Positions 1 to 8,893 of a stretch of 29,031 bases of DNA are shown piece by piece. Each line of letters begins with the position of its first letter. The stretch's first letter is position 1. The DNA comes from Candidatus Helarchaeota archaeon (GTDB lineage Archaea > Asgardarchaeota > Lokiarchaeia > Helarchaeales > RDOG01). Location: contig JALGVI010000061.1 in assembly GCA_029838215.1 (NCBI GenBank), forward strand, positions 1-29,031, read 5' to 3'. Position numbers and translations under genes: made by a program. Below the pieces are notes generated by a model that had not been told where the DNA came from, did not search any database, and saw only the letters and a list, made by a program, of their open reading frames with translations.

Positions 1-45
1 CGTGAATCTTCCGATTTATTCATGAAGAAAACTGAGGAACTGAAC

Positions 46-804
46 ATGTCGTCATTTGAGAATGAAAGTGTCAAGCGGGCCATTCAAGACTTGAACGTGG
101 GAAAATTCATCCTTGTTTATGATGTTGATGGTCGTGAGGAAGAGGTAGACTTGGTAGTTTTAGCCGAAAAAGTTACAAATGAACACGTTTACCATTTGCG
201 TCATGATGCGGGTGGTTTGATCTGTATTGCCATGGATAAAAAGATTGGTGATGGTTTAGGACTCCCATTTATGGCAGAAGTGTATTCAAAGCTGCGGAGT
301 GAATATCAAATTTTCGAATCCGTTGCACCATATGGTCATAAAGAGGAACGTTGTAGTTATGGCGACAAGCCTTCTTTTAGCATTACCATAAACCATCGCA
401 ATACACGTACAGGAATAACGGACCATGATCGTGCACTAACAATTTCAGAATTTGCAAAGCTTGGACGACAAGTATTTCACAACGGAGTGGATCCGGTGGC
501 ATATCGCGAGCAATTTGGTAAGAATTTTAGGGCTCCCGGACACACGCATTTACTTTTAGCTGCGCCTCAATTGTTGAAGGATCGAAAAGGACACACGGAA
601 TTAACGGTTACTTTGGCTCGGTTAGGAAATTTGACACCCGTTATTGTTCTCTGCGAAATGCTTGATGGCAAGACAGGTAGAGCACTTTCCTTGAAAAAAG
701 CGCGAGAATATGCCCGAGAACATGGTTTGGTAATGGTCGAAGGCAAGGAAATCATAAGCGCATTTAACGAGCAGTTCAAGGAGTTATTCATTCAAAATGC
801 CTAA
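46..804 (+). CDS. ribB: 3,4-dihydroxy-2-butanone 4-phosphate synthase, archaeal type
   Basis: Motifs REEEVD (cf. RENEGD), GGLICIA, TGITDHDRALT, PGH, RKGHTE, LCEML. ATG at 46 is preferred over 22 because GAGGA lies just upstream (34-38). The frame is also open back to position 1. Confidence 0.95.
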   Translation: MSSFENESVKRAIQDLNVGKFILVYDVDGREEEVDLVVLAEKVTNEHVYHLRHDAGGLICIAMDKKIGDGLGLPFMAEVYSKLRSEYQIFESVAPYGHKEERCSYGDKPSFSITINHRNTRTGITDHDRALTISEFAKLGRQVFHNGVDPVAYREQFGKNFRAPGHTHLLLAAPQLLKDRKGHTELTVTLARLGNLTPVIVLCEMLDGKTGRALSLKKAREYAREHGLVMVEGKEIISAFNEQFKELFIQNA

Positions 805-1270
805 AATAAAAGTTGGCATTGCAGACACGACCTTTGCCCGCGTGGACATGGGTGCCATGGCAATTGACGAGCTCCTTCAATTGACATCTAAAATCGAAGT
901 TGTCCGATATACTGTTCCTGGAATGAAGGATTTACCTGTTGCTTGTAAGATACTTTTTGAGCAACATGATTGTGCGATTTGCATGGCTATAGGGATGCCG
1001 GGACCTGCTGATAAAGATAAAATCTGTGCGCACGAAGCGTCGCAAGGAATTATCAATTGTCAATTGCAAACAGGCAGGCACATTATCGAATGTTTTGTCC
1101 ACGAAGATGAAGCAGAAACTCCGAAAGAATTAATAGAAGTATGTGAAAATCGGTCGCGAAAACACGCACGTAATATTTTTTATCTTTTATTTGATAAAAA
1201 ATGGTTCATAAAAAATGCAGGAAAGGGTCTTCGGCAGGGATTTCCTGATGCGGGACCCATAAAAGCTTGA
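797..1270 (+). CDS. ribC: Riboflavin synthase, archaeal (lumazine-synthase-like pentameric) type
   Basis: N-terminal KVGIADTTFARVDMG, RYTVPGMKDLPVACK, GMPG..DK.CAHEAS and HIIECFVHEDE are typical of the archaeal enzyme. Overlaps the ribB stop. Confidence 0.93.
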   Translation: MPKIKVGIADTTFARVDMGAMAIDELLQLTSKIEVVRYTVPGMKDLPVACKILFEQHDCAICMAIGMPGPADKDKICAHEASQGIINCQLQTGRHIIECFVHEDEAETPKELIEVCENRSRKHARNIFYLLFDKKWFIKNAGKGLRQGFPDAGPIKA

Positions 1271-1284
1271 AAATGGTGTGAAAC

Positions 1285-1713
1285 ATGTCTGAAGAAATAC
1301 GATTAGGATTTGTCGTGGGTGAATTCCATTACGACATCACTAGCATGATGCTTGAAAAAGCTAAAGAACACGCCGAATTCCTCGGTTGTAAGGTAATTAC
1401 CGTCTTTAAGGTTCCTGGTAGCTTTGACATGCCTTTAGCAATTAAGACTCTATTAAAGCGAGATGATATTGATGCCGTGGTTTGTATTGGTGCCGTTATC
1501 ACGGGTGATACGGATCATGACCAAATTGTTGCTCAGCACGCTGCACGAAAAATGGTAGATCTATCTTTGGAATTTGATAAACCCGTTGCTTTGGGTGTAT
1601 CGGGACCGGGCATGACAAGGCTTGAAGCCGTTGAAAGAATCGAAGATTTTGCACGGCGTTCTACAGAAAGCGCGGTAAAAATGGTTAAGAGAAAAAGAGA
1701 ACAATCTAAATGA
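1285..1713 (+). CDS. ribH: 6,7-dimethyl-8-ribityllumazine synthase
   Basis: [41 protein letters not shown] motifs; position in the rib operon. Confidence 0.95.
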   Translation: MSEEIRLGFVVGEFHYDITSMMLEKAKEHAEFLGCKVITVFKVPGSFDMPLAIKTLLKRDDIDAVVCIGAVITGDTDHDQIVAQHAARKMVDLSLEFDKPVALGVSGPGMTRLEAVERIEDFARRSTESAVKMVKRKREQSK

Positions 1714-1723
1714 GGAACTATCT

Positions 1724-2479
1724 TTGATTCAAATTACAATAATCCAATTAGATAATTTTGGTCCATACACGGAAACGCTAGGTGACGATAGAGAGCATGA
1801 TGTCCAAATAGTATTGGCAAAAGCTTACCTGCTCTTGCAGGATCTTTTCAGCCGGAAGAATGGGCTTGTTTTTCAAGCCTCCAAGGACAACATGATCGCC
1901 GTGACCAATGGAATCTCCATCAAAGAACACGAACAAATCATGAATCTATTCGAGCAAGAACTTCAAATCACGTGTTCCATGGGGATTGGTGTGGGAATAA
2001 CACCGATGGAAGCTCAGATAAAAGCTTCTAGAGCCCTGCAAAAGATGGGTAGTGCACAATCTTCTCGTCGGAAAGTTCTTGCGAATAATGGATCGATTCC
2101 AGAACCAAATGGAGCCATTCATATCGCCCACGTAGACATCAACGATTTCACGATTCACGCGACAGATAAAAATCCCATTTATGATAATTTTTATTTACTA
2201 AATCGAAGTTATCTCACGCTAATGGAGTCATTCCAAAAAATCGGAGCACTCTGTTTTTTTAATGGAGGAGATAACTTCGTTACAATTTGTCCTGAGAATT
2301 TCCCTCTTGATGAATTCAAGCGAATTATTTCAAATTATGAAAGACTCCATAGTCCATGGAAGCTGAAAGCAGGGATTGGAAAGGGCGACACTGCAAAAAT
2401 TGCCATGCTAAATGCGAATAAAGGATTGACAACCATTCGAAAGCACGAATCGGAAGACATGATTGTTTTGGTGGAGTAG
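1724..2479 (+). CDS. arfA: GTP cyclohydrolase III (IIa)
   Basis: IQITIIQLDNFGPYTETLGDDREHDVQ start; duplicated cyclase-like halves with KDN and GGDN motifs; TTG start after GAGGA. Confidence 0.9.
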   Translation: MIQITIIQLDNFGPYTETLGDDREHDVQIVLAKAYLLLQDLFSRKNGLVFQASKDNMIAVTNGISIKEHEQIMNLFEQELQITCSMGIGVGITPMEAQIKASRALQKMGSAQSSRRKVLANNGSIPEPNGAIHIAHVDINDFTIHATDKNPIYDNFYLLNRSYLTLMESFQKIGALCFFNGGDNFVTICPENFPLDEFKRIISNYERLHSPWKLKAGIGKGDTAKIAMLNANKGLTTIRKHESEDMIVLVE

Positions 2480-2482
2480 CGT

Positions 2483-3667
2483 GTGTCCTCAAATACTCTT
2501 TTTGTAAAACATGCCTTGATTGGAGAAGAATTGGAGCTCAAGCAAAACGTCGAATTGAAGTATTCTGAAGGATACATCGATAGGATTTCCATTGACGTCA
2601 AGGCATCGACTGAACCCAAAATCACGGATTGTCTTTTGATTCCAGGGCTCATTAACGGTCATACCCATATCGGTGATTCTTTTGCGAAGGAAATGGGGTA
2701 TGGAAAGACACTTTCAGAGGTAGTTGAGCCTCCAAACGGGATTAAGCATCGACTTCTATCAACCGTTTCCCAAGAAGAACTCATTTCTGGGATGAGATTA
2801 GCGATTAGGGAAATGCTTTCTAGTGGAACAACGTTATTTGCAGATTATCGAGAAGGTGGAATTGATGGCATTTATGCATTAAAGCAATTATTAAAAGAGA
2901 GCATGATTAAAAGCATCATTCTCGGGCGACCTCACCCTACGGTTGACATGGAGAAGTTGCAAAACGTTTTAAAAATGTCGGATGGTCTCGGAATCAATTC
3001 AATAAACCTCCTATCCGATTCCGAGTTAGAACTCGCGAAATTATTTTGCGTGGAAGGTCAGAAAATTATCTCGACCCATGCGTCAGAAACAAGCCAAGAA
3101 CGTGACATTTCTTTTCAAAAACACGGTAAATCAGACATCGAGCGAGCCATTAACACTTTCAATGCAGAGTATTTGATCCATTGCATTTATAGTAACGACA
3201 ATGACTTGGATTTGATAGCAAAAAAGAACGTTGCCGTAGGAATCTGTCCACGGGCTAACCATTATTTTGGCTTAGACGTGCCTCCCATCCAAAAGATGAT
3301 TGAACGTGACATAACGCTTTGTCTGGGAACGGATAACGTGATGGCAAATTCACCGGATCTCTTTCGTGAAATGGAATTTTTGGCGAAATATGCCTGTCAT
3401 TTGAAGAATCCCATTCCAGCAAGAGAGATTTTAAAGATGGTGACCATCAATCCTGCTCGTGTATTTCGCCTCGATCACATACTTGGATGCTTGAAAGAAA
3501 TGAACAGGGCAGATTTTTTTCTTCTTGATCTTACAGCACCAAATCTCCGTCCTATTAATCAATCTCATATCTATGAGACCATCGTATTACGTGCAAAAGC
3601 AAGTAATGTAGTTTCAACACACGTTAATGGCATGAAAACCCACGACCGGAGGGAGTTGCTGTCCTAA
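2483..3667 (+). CDS. Metal-dependent amidohydrolase-superfamily deaminase (candidate pyrimidine deaminase of riboflavin synthesis)
   Basis: PGLINGHTHIGD (HxH), THASE (HxxE), LIHC, LGTDN (catalytic Asp) and the C-terminal beta-sandwich strands. GTG start after GGTGGAG. The family is well supported; the specific function is inference. Confidence 0.85.
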   Translation: MSSNTLFVKHALIGEELELKQNVELKYSEGYIDRISIDVKASTEPKITDCLLIPGLINGHTHIGDSFAKEMGYGKTLSEVVEPPNGIKHRLLSTVSQEELISGMRLAIREMLSSGTTLFADYREGGIDGIYALKQLLKESMIKSIILGRPHPTVDMEKLQNVLKMSDGLGINSINLLSDSELELAKLFCVEGQKIISTHASETSQERDISFQKHGKSDIERAINTFNAEYLIHCIYSNDNDLDLIAKKNVAVGICPRANHYFGLDVPPIQKMIERDITLCLGTDNVMANSPDLFREMEFLAKYACHLKNPIPAREILKMVTINPARVFRLDHILGCLKEMNRADFFLLDLTAPNLRPINQSHIYETIVLRAKASNVVSTHVNGMKTHDRRELLS

Positions 3668-3690
3668 CCGACATCACCATCCCAAAATCT

Positions 3691-4377
3691 CGTCCGTATG
3701 TCATATTAAATGCAGCCATGAGTGTTGACGGCAAAATTGCTTCCAGAGTAGGGGATTGCGAGTTCTCTGATGACGAAGATTGGAAGCGCGTTCACAAGTT
3801 GCGTGCAAGCGTAGACGCGATCATGGTCGGCAGGAGGACAATTGAAACAGACGATTCGAAGTTGACGATAAAATCATTTCCAGATTTTAAAATTCCTATT
3901 TCAAAATTCCCCACGAGAGTCGTGGTTGATGGTTTGGCGAAGACACCAGCCACGGCGCGGATATTCACCGTAGAATTGGAACATTATCCATCAATTCTCG
4001 CTACTACGACAAATGCCCCGAAAGAGAAACTTGACGAAATCAGAGCATTAGGCGTGAAAGTATTGGTTTGTGGGAAGGGACCTCGAGTTGATCTCGTTCA
4101 CTTGATGAGAGACCTCCGCACGATGAACATTCGAACGCTCCTTTTAGAAGGTGGTGGAACTTTAAATTTCAGCATGTTGGAGAATGATTTAATAGATGAG
4201 GTGAGCCTTTCTGTGGCGCCTGTTCTTGTTGGTGGACTATCAGCCACTTCATTAATTGGTGGAAAGGGCTTTGATAAAATTAAGCAATCCTGTCAATTAG
4301 AACTCATTGAATTCGAAAAACTCGGAAAGAACCTCTTCGTGCGATATTTGGTTCGACGGAATGGCGAAAAAACGTGA
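3691..4377 (+). CDS. arfC: 2,5-diamino-6-ribosylamino-4(3H)-pyrimidinone 5'-phosphate reductase (RibD C-terminal domain family); true start unresolved
   Basis: RPYVILNAAMSVDGKIA, RVHKLRASVDAIMVG, LLLEGGGTLNFS, APVLVGG. The conserved RPYVILNAA (3691-3717) lies upstream of the first ATG (3718). Confidence 0.9.
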   Translation, partial: RPYVILNAAMSVDGKIASRVGDCEFSDDEDWKRVHKLRASVDAIMVGRRTIETDDSKLTIKSFPDFKIPISKFPTRVVVDGLAKTPATARIFTVELEHYPSILATTTNAPKEKLDEIRALGVKVLVCGKGPRVDLVHLMRDLRTMNIRTLLLEGGGTLNFSMLENDLIDEVSLSVAPVLVGGLSATSLIGGKGFDKIKQSCQLELIEFEKLGKNLFVRYLVRRNGEKT

Positions 4378-5033
4378 AAAGGAAAATACTTCCCATTGGT
4401 TCATTCGAACAGCACGGTCCACACCTACCGTTAGAAACAGATTCACTCATTGCAGAAAAAATTTCTCGAGAACTCTCGCGAAATATTCAGGCAGACCTCC
4501 TAGAGACGATCAAGGTGAGCTGTTCCGATGAACACGCGGATTTTTCAGGAACTAAAAGCATTTCAGGGGAAACTTTCGAAGAATTAATAATTAAAGTACT
4601 TAAAAAAGAACTCAATTCCACGCAACAATTAATTGTTTTCAATGCGCATGGTGGAAATTCTCAAATACTTAAGAAAATTGCAAGATCCAATCCAGAAGTC
4701 CTATTTCTCGATTTATTTGAAACCATTAAAGGCCATCTCATCCAAACCCGCGATTCTTCTTTGGGTGGAATATGTCATGCAGGTGAATTTGAGACTTCGT
4801 TAATGATGTATTTGTTTCCATCTTTAGTAAGGGTTCAAGAAATCAAGCCTGAAATCGTAACGCTCGTTCCAGAGCTCGACCCGGATTTTGACGGTAATCC
4901 GCCAAAAACGTGGAAGACGATAAAATTTAGTAAATCGGGCGTATTAGGAGATCCAACGAAAGCAACCAAATCAAAAGGGGAAGCTTGGTTTAAAATAATA
5001 ATTAAAGAATGCTTGAATCGCATTAATTGTTAA
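4374..5033 (+). CDS. arfB: Creatininase-family formamide hydrolase (FAPy 5'-phosphate deformylase)
   Basis: LPIGSFEQHGPHLPLETD, SDEH, NAHGGN, HAGEFETS metal-site motifs; GTGA overlap with the arfC stop; context with arfA and arfC. Confidence 0.85.
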   Translation: MKRKILPIGSFEQHGPHLPLETDSLIAEKISRELSRNIQADLLETIKVSCSDEHADFSGTKSISGETFEELIIKVLKKELNSTQQLIVFNAHGGNSQILKKIARSNPEVLFLDLFETIKGHLIQTRDSSLGGICHAGEFETSLMMYLFPSLVRVQEIKPEIVTLVPELDPDFDGNPPKTWKTIKFSKSGVLGDPTKATKSKGEAWFKIIIKECLNRINC

Positions 5034-5053
5034 AAAAAATGAAGAAAAACATG

Positions 5054-6313
5054 TTAATCTTTTTCTAGCTGATCCAATTTCGTGAAGATTATCTTCTTTG
5101 CCTGAATCCATTTCTCATATTCTTGCTTACAATTAGCATCCAGACCGAATTTTTGAAAAGTGGGTAGGTTTCCTTCAATCCAATTCGCCAAATCAGTATC
5201 GTAACCATCAATGCTGGTCCGTAATTCTTGACTTCGCGATACGACCAGTTCCATTAGCTCTGAAAGTTGTGTCATGTAATATGAAATACTTTCAGTAATG
5301 TTCTTTTCCATCTCTACTAGGAGGTTTTTAACAGGTTCTGGACTTGCCACGGTGACCGTCTTCTCGGCTACTTCACCGGGTCTAACAATTTCTTCCTTGA
5401 CACCTTCTGGTGCTAGTTGGTTGATGATATCTTTTATGGTATCTAGAAAAATCTGAGTTTTTTGATCTCCAAATTCCCCACTTATCGTATTAACTATGGT
5501 TCCAGCTTCGGAGAGAATTGGAGTGAATCCCTGTTTCAGGTCAAATAGACATTGGTATATCAAAGGTTCATTCTCCATTTGACCAGCATGACAAGTCATC
5601 ACGCCGCGCTTTTGATCTGTAAACACGACGGTAATTATAGGAGACCCAAGTCCGGTGCTTTCACCTTTTTCTTTAATGACGGCATCTAATGACAATAGTC
5701 CCCCTCCAAATGCATCAGCATCAACATTAATTTGATCTTGTTTATGAAAGGCAATTGGCAATCCCAACTCATTCGTAATGCTTTGTACAAGAATGAGCGG
5801 ATTTTTACCTTGAGTGAGAACGGCATCAATCACGTCGAAATCATCAATGGCTTCTTGATATATCCCAATGGAAGAAGCAGATCCTCTATATAACGTAGGG
5901 AGAACTTCAGATACACCTCTCACGACGGAGAAATCATAGCCTTGGAGTCCTAACTCATTTATCCACATATTTACAAGATCATTTAATGATGAACTAATAA
6001 CATCCGTGTCCAACGCAAATTGATCGCGATGGTCTAACAAAATTATGAGATATCCCAATCCAATTTCGATCCCGATGATGGTAAGATCATGAAAAATTGA
6101 GATGTGAACGACTTCTTTCCCTAGATTAAGGAATTCGCAAATTTCCTGAGCCGCCTTATAGCAACTCGACTCCATCGCCCCTAACCCTTCAATGGGTGAA
6201 ATTCGCAGGACTTTAGAGATAACCAACCCTACCTTATCACATATCAAGACTTCTTTTATTGATCTCGATGATCGCAAGATTTTTGCAAGTATTGTTTGAG
6301 GAGATATTGACAT
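5054..6313 (-). CDS. Protein with two Roadblock/LC7-like domains and a C-terminal helical/coiled-coil region
   Basis: Two alpha-beta-beta-alpha-beta-beta-beta-alpha units, each with the D/N-x-x-G-L hairpin signature (ICDKVGLVI; ITNELGLPI), followed by an amphipathic helical tail. Confidence 0.7.
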   Translation of the reverse strand: MSISPQTILAKILRSSRSIKEVLICDKVGLVISKVLRISPIEGLGAMESSCYKAAQEICEFLNLGKEVVHISIFHDLTIIGIEIGLGYLIILLDHRDQFALDTDVISSSLNDLVNMWINELGLQGYDFSVVRGVSEVLPTLYRGSASSIGIYQEAIDDFDVIDAVLTQGKNPLILVQSITNELGLPIAFHKQDQINVDADAFGGGLLSLDAVIKEKGESTGLGSPIITVVFTDQKRGVMTCHAGQMENEPLIYQCLFDLKQGFTPILSEAGTIVNTISGEFGDQKTQIFLDTIKDIINQLAPEGVKEEIVRPGEVAEKTVTVASPEPVKNLLVEMEKNITESISYYMTQLSELMELVVSRSQELRTSIDGYDTDLANWIEGNLPTFQKFGLDANCKQEYEKWIQAKKIIFTKLDQLEKD

Positions 6314-6481
6314 TTGATCTCTCTCTCCGAGCTCATTTCATGAAATATTTAATATTATCTATCAAATTAAGATATAATTATTCCTATTTTTTTCCATTTT
6401 TTTTTCAAATACAAGAACATACATGTATTTCTTAAATTTAATGATCATTTCATTTAGAAAAAATGAATGAATTTTAATTTA

Positions 6482-7939
6482 TTATTCGTCCTTTATCCAT
6501 TTGCTTTCAAATTTTTTTCCAGGGTTCAAGATATTATTCGGATCAAATACTTTTTTAATTTGCAACATGTAATCAATTGCTTTTCCGTGTTCATATTGGT
6601 TGAATCCTCCAAGACGATCTCCGTCTCCAATGTATGTTGACATTGTTCCTTCTAAATCGACTGCCATTTTTGACATGTCTTTCACGTAAGCGTAAAAGTG
6701 CTTCACTTCGTCAGGATCCATGTCATTCACGAAAACCGCAAATGAGATACTTGGTCCTATCCTATTTGGACGTTGCATGTATACGCACATGCCGAGAACA
6801 TCGATTTGATGTTTTTCCGTAAAATATAGATATTTTTCGTATGCTTCTTCTATTCTCCCGATGGGAATTCCCAAGTCGGCAGCTCCAAATTTCTTTTGCC
6901 GTTGAGAGTCAGGCCATTTTTGGTTAAATGGTTCAAATTCTAGCGTGTGTTTACTCTTCCACCAACTTCCCGTTAAATCCACTTCCTTCACGCGCTGTCC
7001 ACCGTGTTCATTTAACAACTTGAGGCAATATTTCTGCGAAAAATCGACCACTTCTTCATCCCCGCCAAAGGAAATGAATAAGAGAGCTGCTGCCCATTCA
7101 GGAATTTCTGGATCCTTTCCGTGTTTCATTCGATATGCGTGCGTGTAAAATCCCAATCGTTTTTTACAGTTAACATGAGCTGATTCAATACATAATCCGG
7201 CTTGTAACACGCGAATTAGCCCCTGAATGGCGTTTTTTACGGATGGAAAAATAATGGCTTCGATTCGTCTTTCCTTGGGAATGGGAAATATTTTCAACGT
7301 GCATTCTGTAATGACACCCAACGTTCCCTCTGCATTGATCATTAGCCAGTGTAATTTATAACCCGTGGAAGAACAGAGAGCTTTGCGATGTCCGAAGCGA
7401 ACGATGTCTCCAGTACCGGTAACCAGCACGAGATTTAACAAGTAATCGCCAATTTTTCCATATTTGATTCCAAATGTACTATCATTATCACAAGAAATAG
7501 CAGCTCCAACAGTAGACGAAGGTTTGGATTCAGGATCGTGCGGCCACCATAAATCGTATTTACTCAGTTCTTCATTCAATTTCAGAACCGTAATCCCTAC
7601 TTGCGTTGTTACGGTTAAATTCTCGGGATCCACCTCGATGACCTTGTCAAGCCCTTTAGAATCGATTACAATGCATCCATCAATTGGGACGGCTCCACCT
7701 CCCATTCCGGTCAAACCCGCTGCAGTCACGACAGGAATCTCATGTCTATTTGCAATGGATACAGCTTTTGACACGTCATCCGTGGTTCGTGGTCTCACGA
7801 CAATGCTGGGTAAGTGAGTTTCGGTCGATGGTCTTGGCGACCAATCCCGTGAATACGTCATTGAGTGAAACGAATCCGTTACGACTTTATCCTTACCAAT
7901 TGCAGCTCGAATTTCTTCAGCTATCTTTTCTACGTCCAC
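6482..7939 (-). CDS. FAD-linked oxidoreductase (VAO/PCMH fold, GlcD/D-lactate dehydrogenase-like), substrate unknown
   Basis: PSIVVRPRTTDDV, AGLTGMGGGAVP, STVGAAI, AEGTLGVITEC, KKVFDPNNILNPGK. GTG start. Confidence 0.88.
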   Translation of the reverse strand: MDVEKIAEEIRAAIGKDKVVTDSFHSMTYSRDWSPRPSTETHLPSIVVRPRTTDDVSKAVSIANRHEIPVVTAAGLTGMGGGAVPIDGCIVIDSKGLDKVIEVDPENLTVTTQVGITVLKLNEELSKYDLWWPHDPESKPSSTVGAAISCDNDSTFGIKYGKIGDYLLNLVLVTGTGDIVRFGHRKALCSSTGYKLHWLMINAEGTLGVITECTLKIFPIPKERRIEAIIFPSVKNAIQGLIRVLQAGLCIESAHVNCKKRLGFYTHAYRMKHGKDPEIPEWAAALLFISFGGDEEVVDFSQKYCLKLLNEHGGQRVKEVDLTGSWWKSKHTLEFEPFNQKWPDSQRQKKFGAADLGIPIGRIEEAYEKYLYFTEKHQIDVLGMCVYMQRPNRIGPSISFAVFVNDMDPDEVKHFYAYVKDMSKMAVDLEGTMSTYIGDGDRLGGFNQYEHGKAIDYMLQIKKVFDPNNILNPGKKFESKWIKDE

Positions 7940-8025
7940 GTAAACGCCACCAAAAAATTGAAGATGTTAAAAAACTCTACTTATTAACTAATGATTCATG
8001 TTGTTTTAAGGATATTGATCTTGCA

Positions 8026-8790
8026 ATGACCACGAAATGCATTATTTTTTTAGGTCCTGCGGGTGCGGGTAAGAGCTGCCTCTGTGGCACATTCGGAAGC
8101 TGGTTGAAACGTGAAAAATATGGAGTCAAATACGTGAACCTCGATGCTGCCACTAACTACATACCTTACAAAGCCGATTTCGACATTCGAGATTTTTTTA
8201 CAACTCAGGAAATCATGAAACAAGAGAAAATTGGTCCGAATGGCGCAATCTTGAGAGCAAATGAAAAGATCAACGAATTTTTTAACGTAATACTCGAATC
8301 ATTCGTATCGTGGAAGACCGAATTCATTCTAATTGACACGCCAGGTCAACTTGAAACATTTATTTTTCAACCATCCGGTCCGACATTCCTGCAAAATCTT
8401 CAGGAACATTTCGATACTGTTGGTATTTATCTCTTGGATGTTGAAACATTTGGCAAAAAATCACGAGCAAGTGAACTCGTGGTGAATTTACTTCTTTATA
8501 CAGCAGTGTTATTGAAAATTAACATAAATATTTTACCCGTATTATCAAAATCAGATAAAATTTCACGGGAAAGAGACCTCAGGAAAATGTTGCAGGACAC
8601 ATTATATTTGAAACAAGTAATCATGGAAAACAATGATATTGGAGCCATAAAAGGAGTCGTTTTACCAATAATCGAGCATATTTTGGAACCTTTTGCTCGG
8701 GTAATCTTGACTTCTAGTAAAACGAACGATTTTTCAAGCCTTTTCTCCTTGATCCACGAAAATTTCTGCTCTTGTGGAGACTTGTCCTGA
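8026..8790 (+). CDS. GPN-loop GTPase (SIMIBI class)
   Basis: Walker A GPAGAGKS, NLDAA, IGPNGAI (GPN loop), DTPGQLE, SKSD, C-terminal CSCGDL. True start is ATG 8026, not 7684. Confidence 0.93.
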   Translation: MTTKCIIFLGPAGAGKSCLCGTFGSWLKREKYGVKYVNLDAATNYIPYKADFDIRDFFTTQEIMKQEKIGPNGAILRANEKINEFFNVILESFVSWKTEFILIDTPGQLETFIFQPSGPTFLQNLQEHFDTVGIYLLDVETFGKKSRASELVVNLLLYTAVLLKININILPVLSKSDKISRERDLRKMLQDTLYLKQVIMENNDIGAIKGVVLPIIEHILEPFARVILTSSKTNDFSSLFSLIHENFCSCGDLS

Positions 8791-8893
8791 AATCAAACTA
8801 AATTCGAGAATTACATGAAGCATATTTATTATAATTAAATTCATATATATGGATATCATATTCTCAACACGAACTCGCAAATCTGGTGGAATC

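Noticed and set aside
1-45. FMN riboswitch or RbkR site ahead of the rib operon
   Set aside because: Only 45 nt are visible, with no riboswitch-like structure; any regulatory region or further operon genes (kinase, phosphatase) would lie outside the window.
7684-8025. 114-aa N-terminal extension of the GPN GTPase in the ORF track
   Set aside because: It overlaps the opposite-strand oxidoreductase and its promoter region; GPN homology begins at ATG 8026.
8815-8844. ATGAA-N20-TTCAT inverted repeat around a TATA-like box as a NikR operator
   Set aside because: Only 5-bp arms in very AT-rich DNA, and the spacing differs from the E. coli GTATGA-N16-TCATAC operator; not distinguishable from chance.
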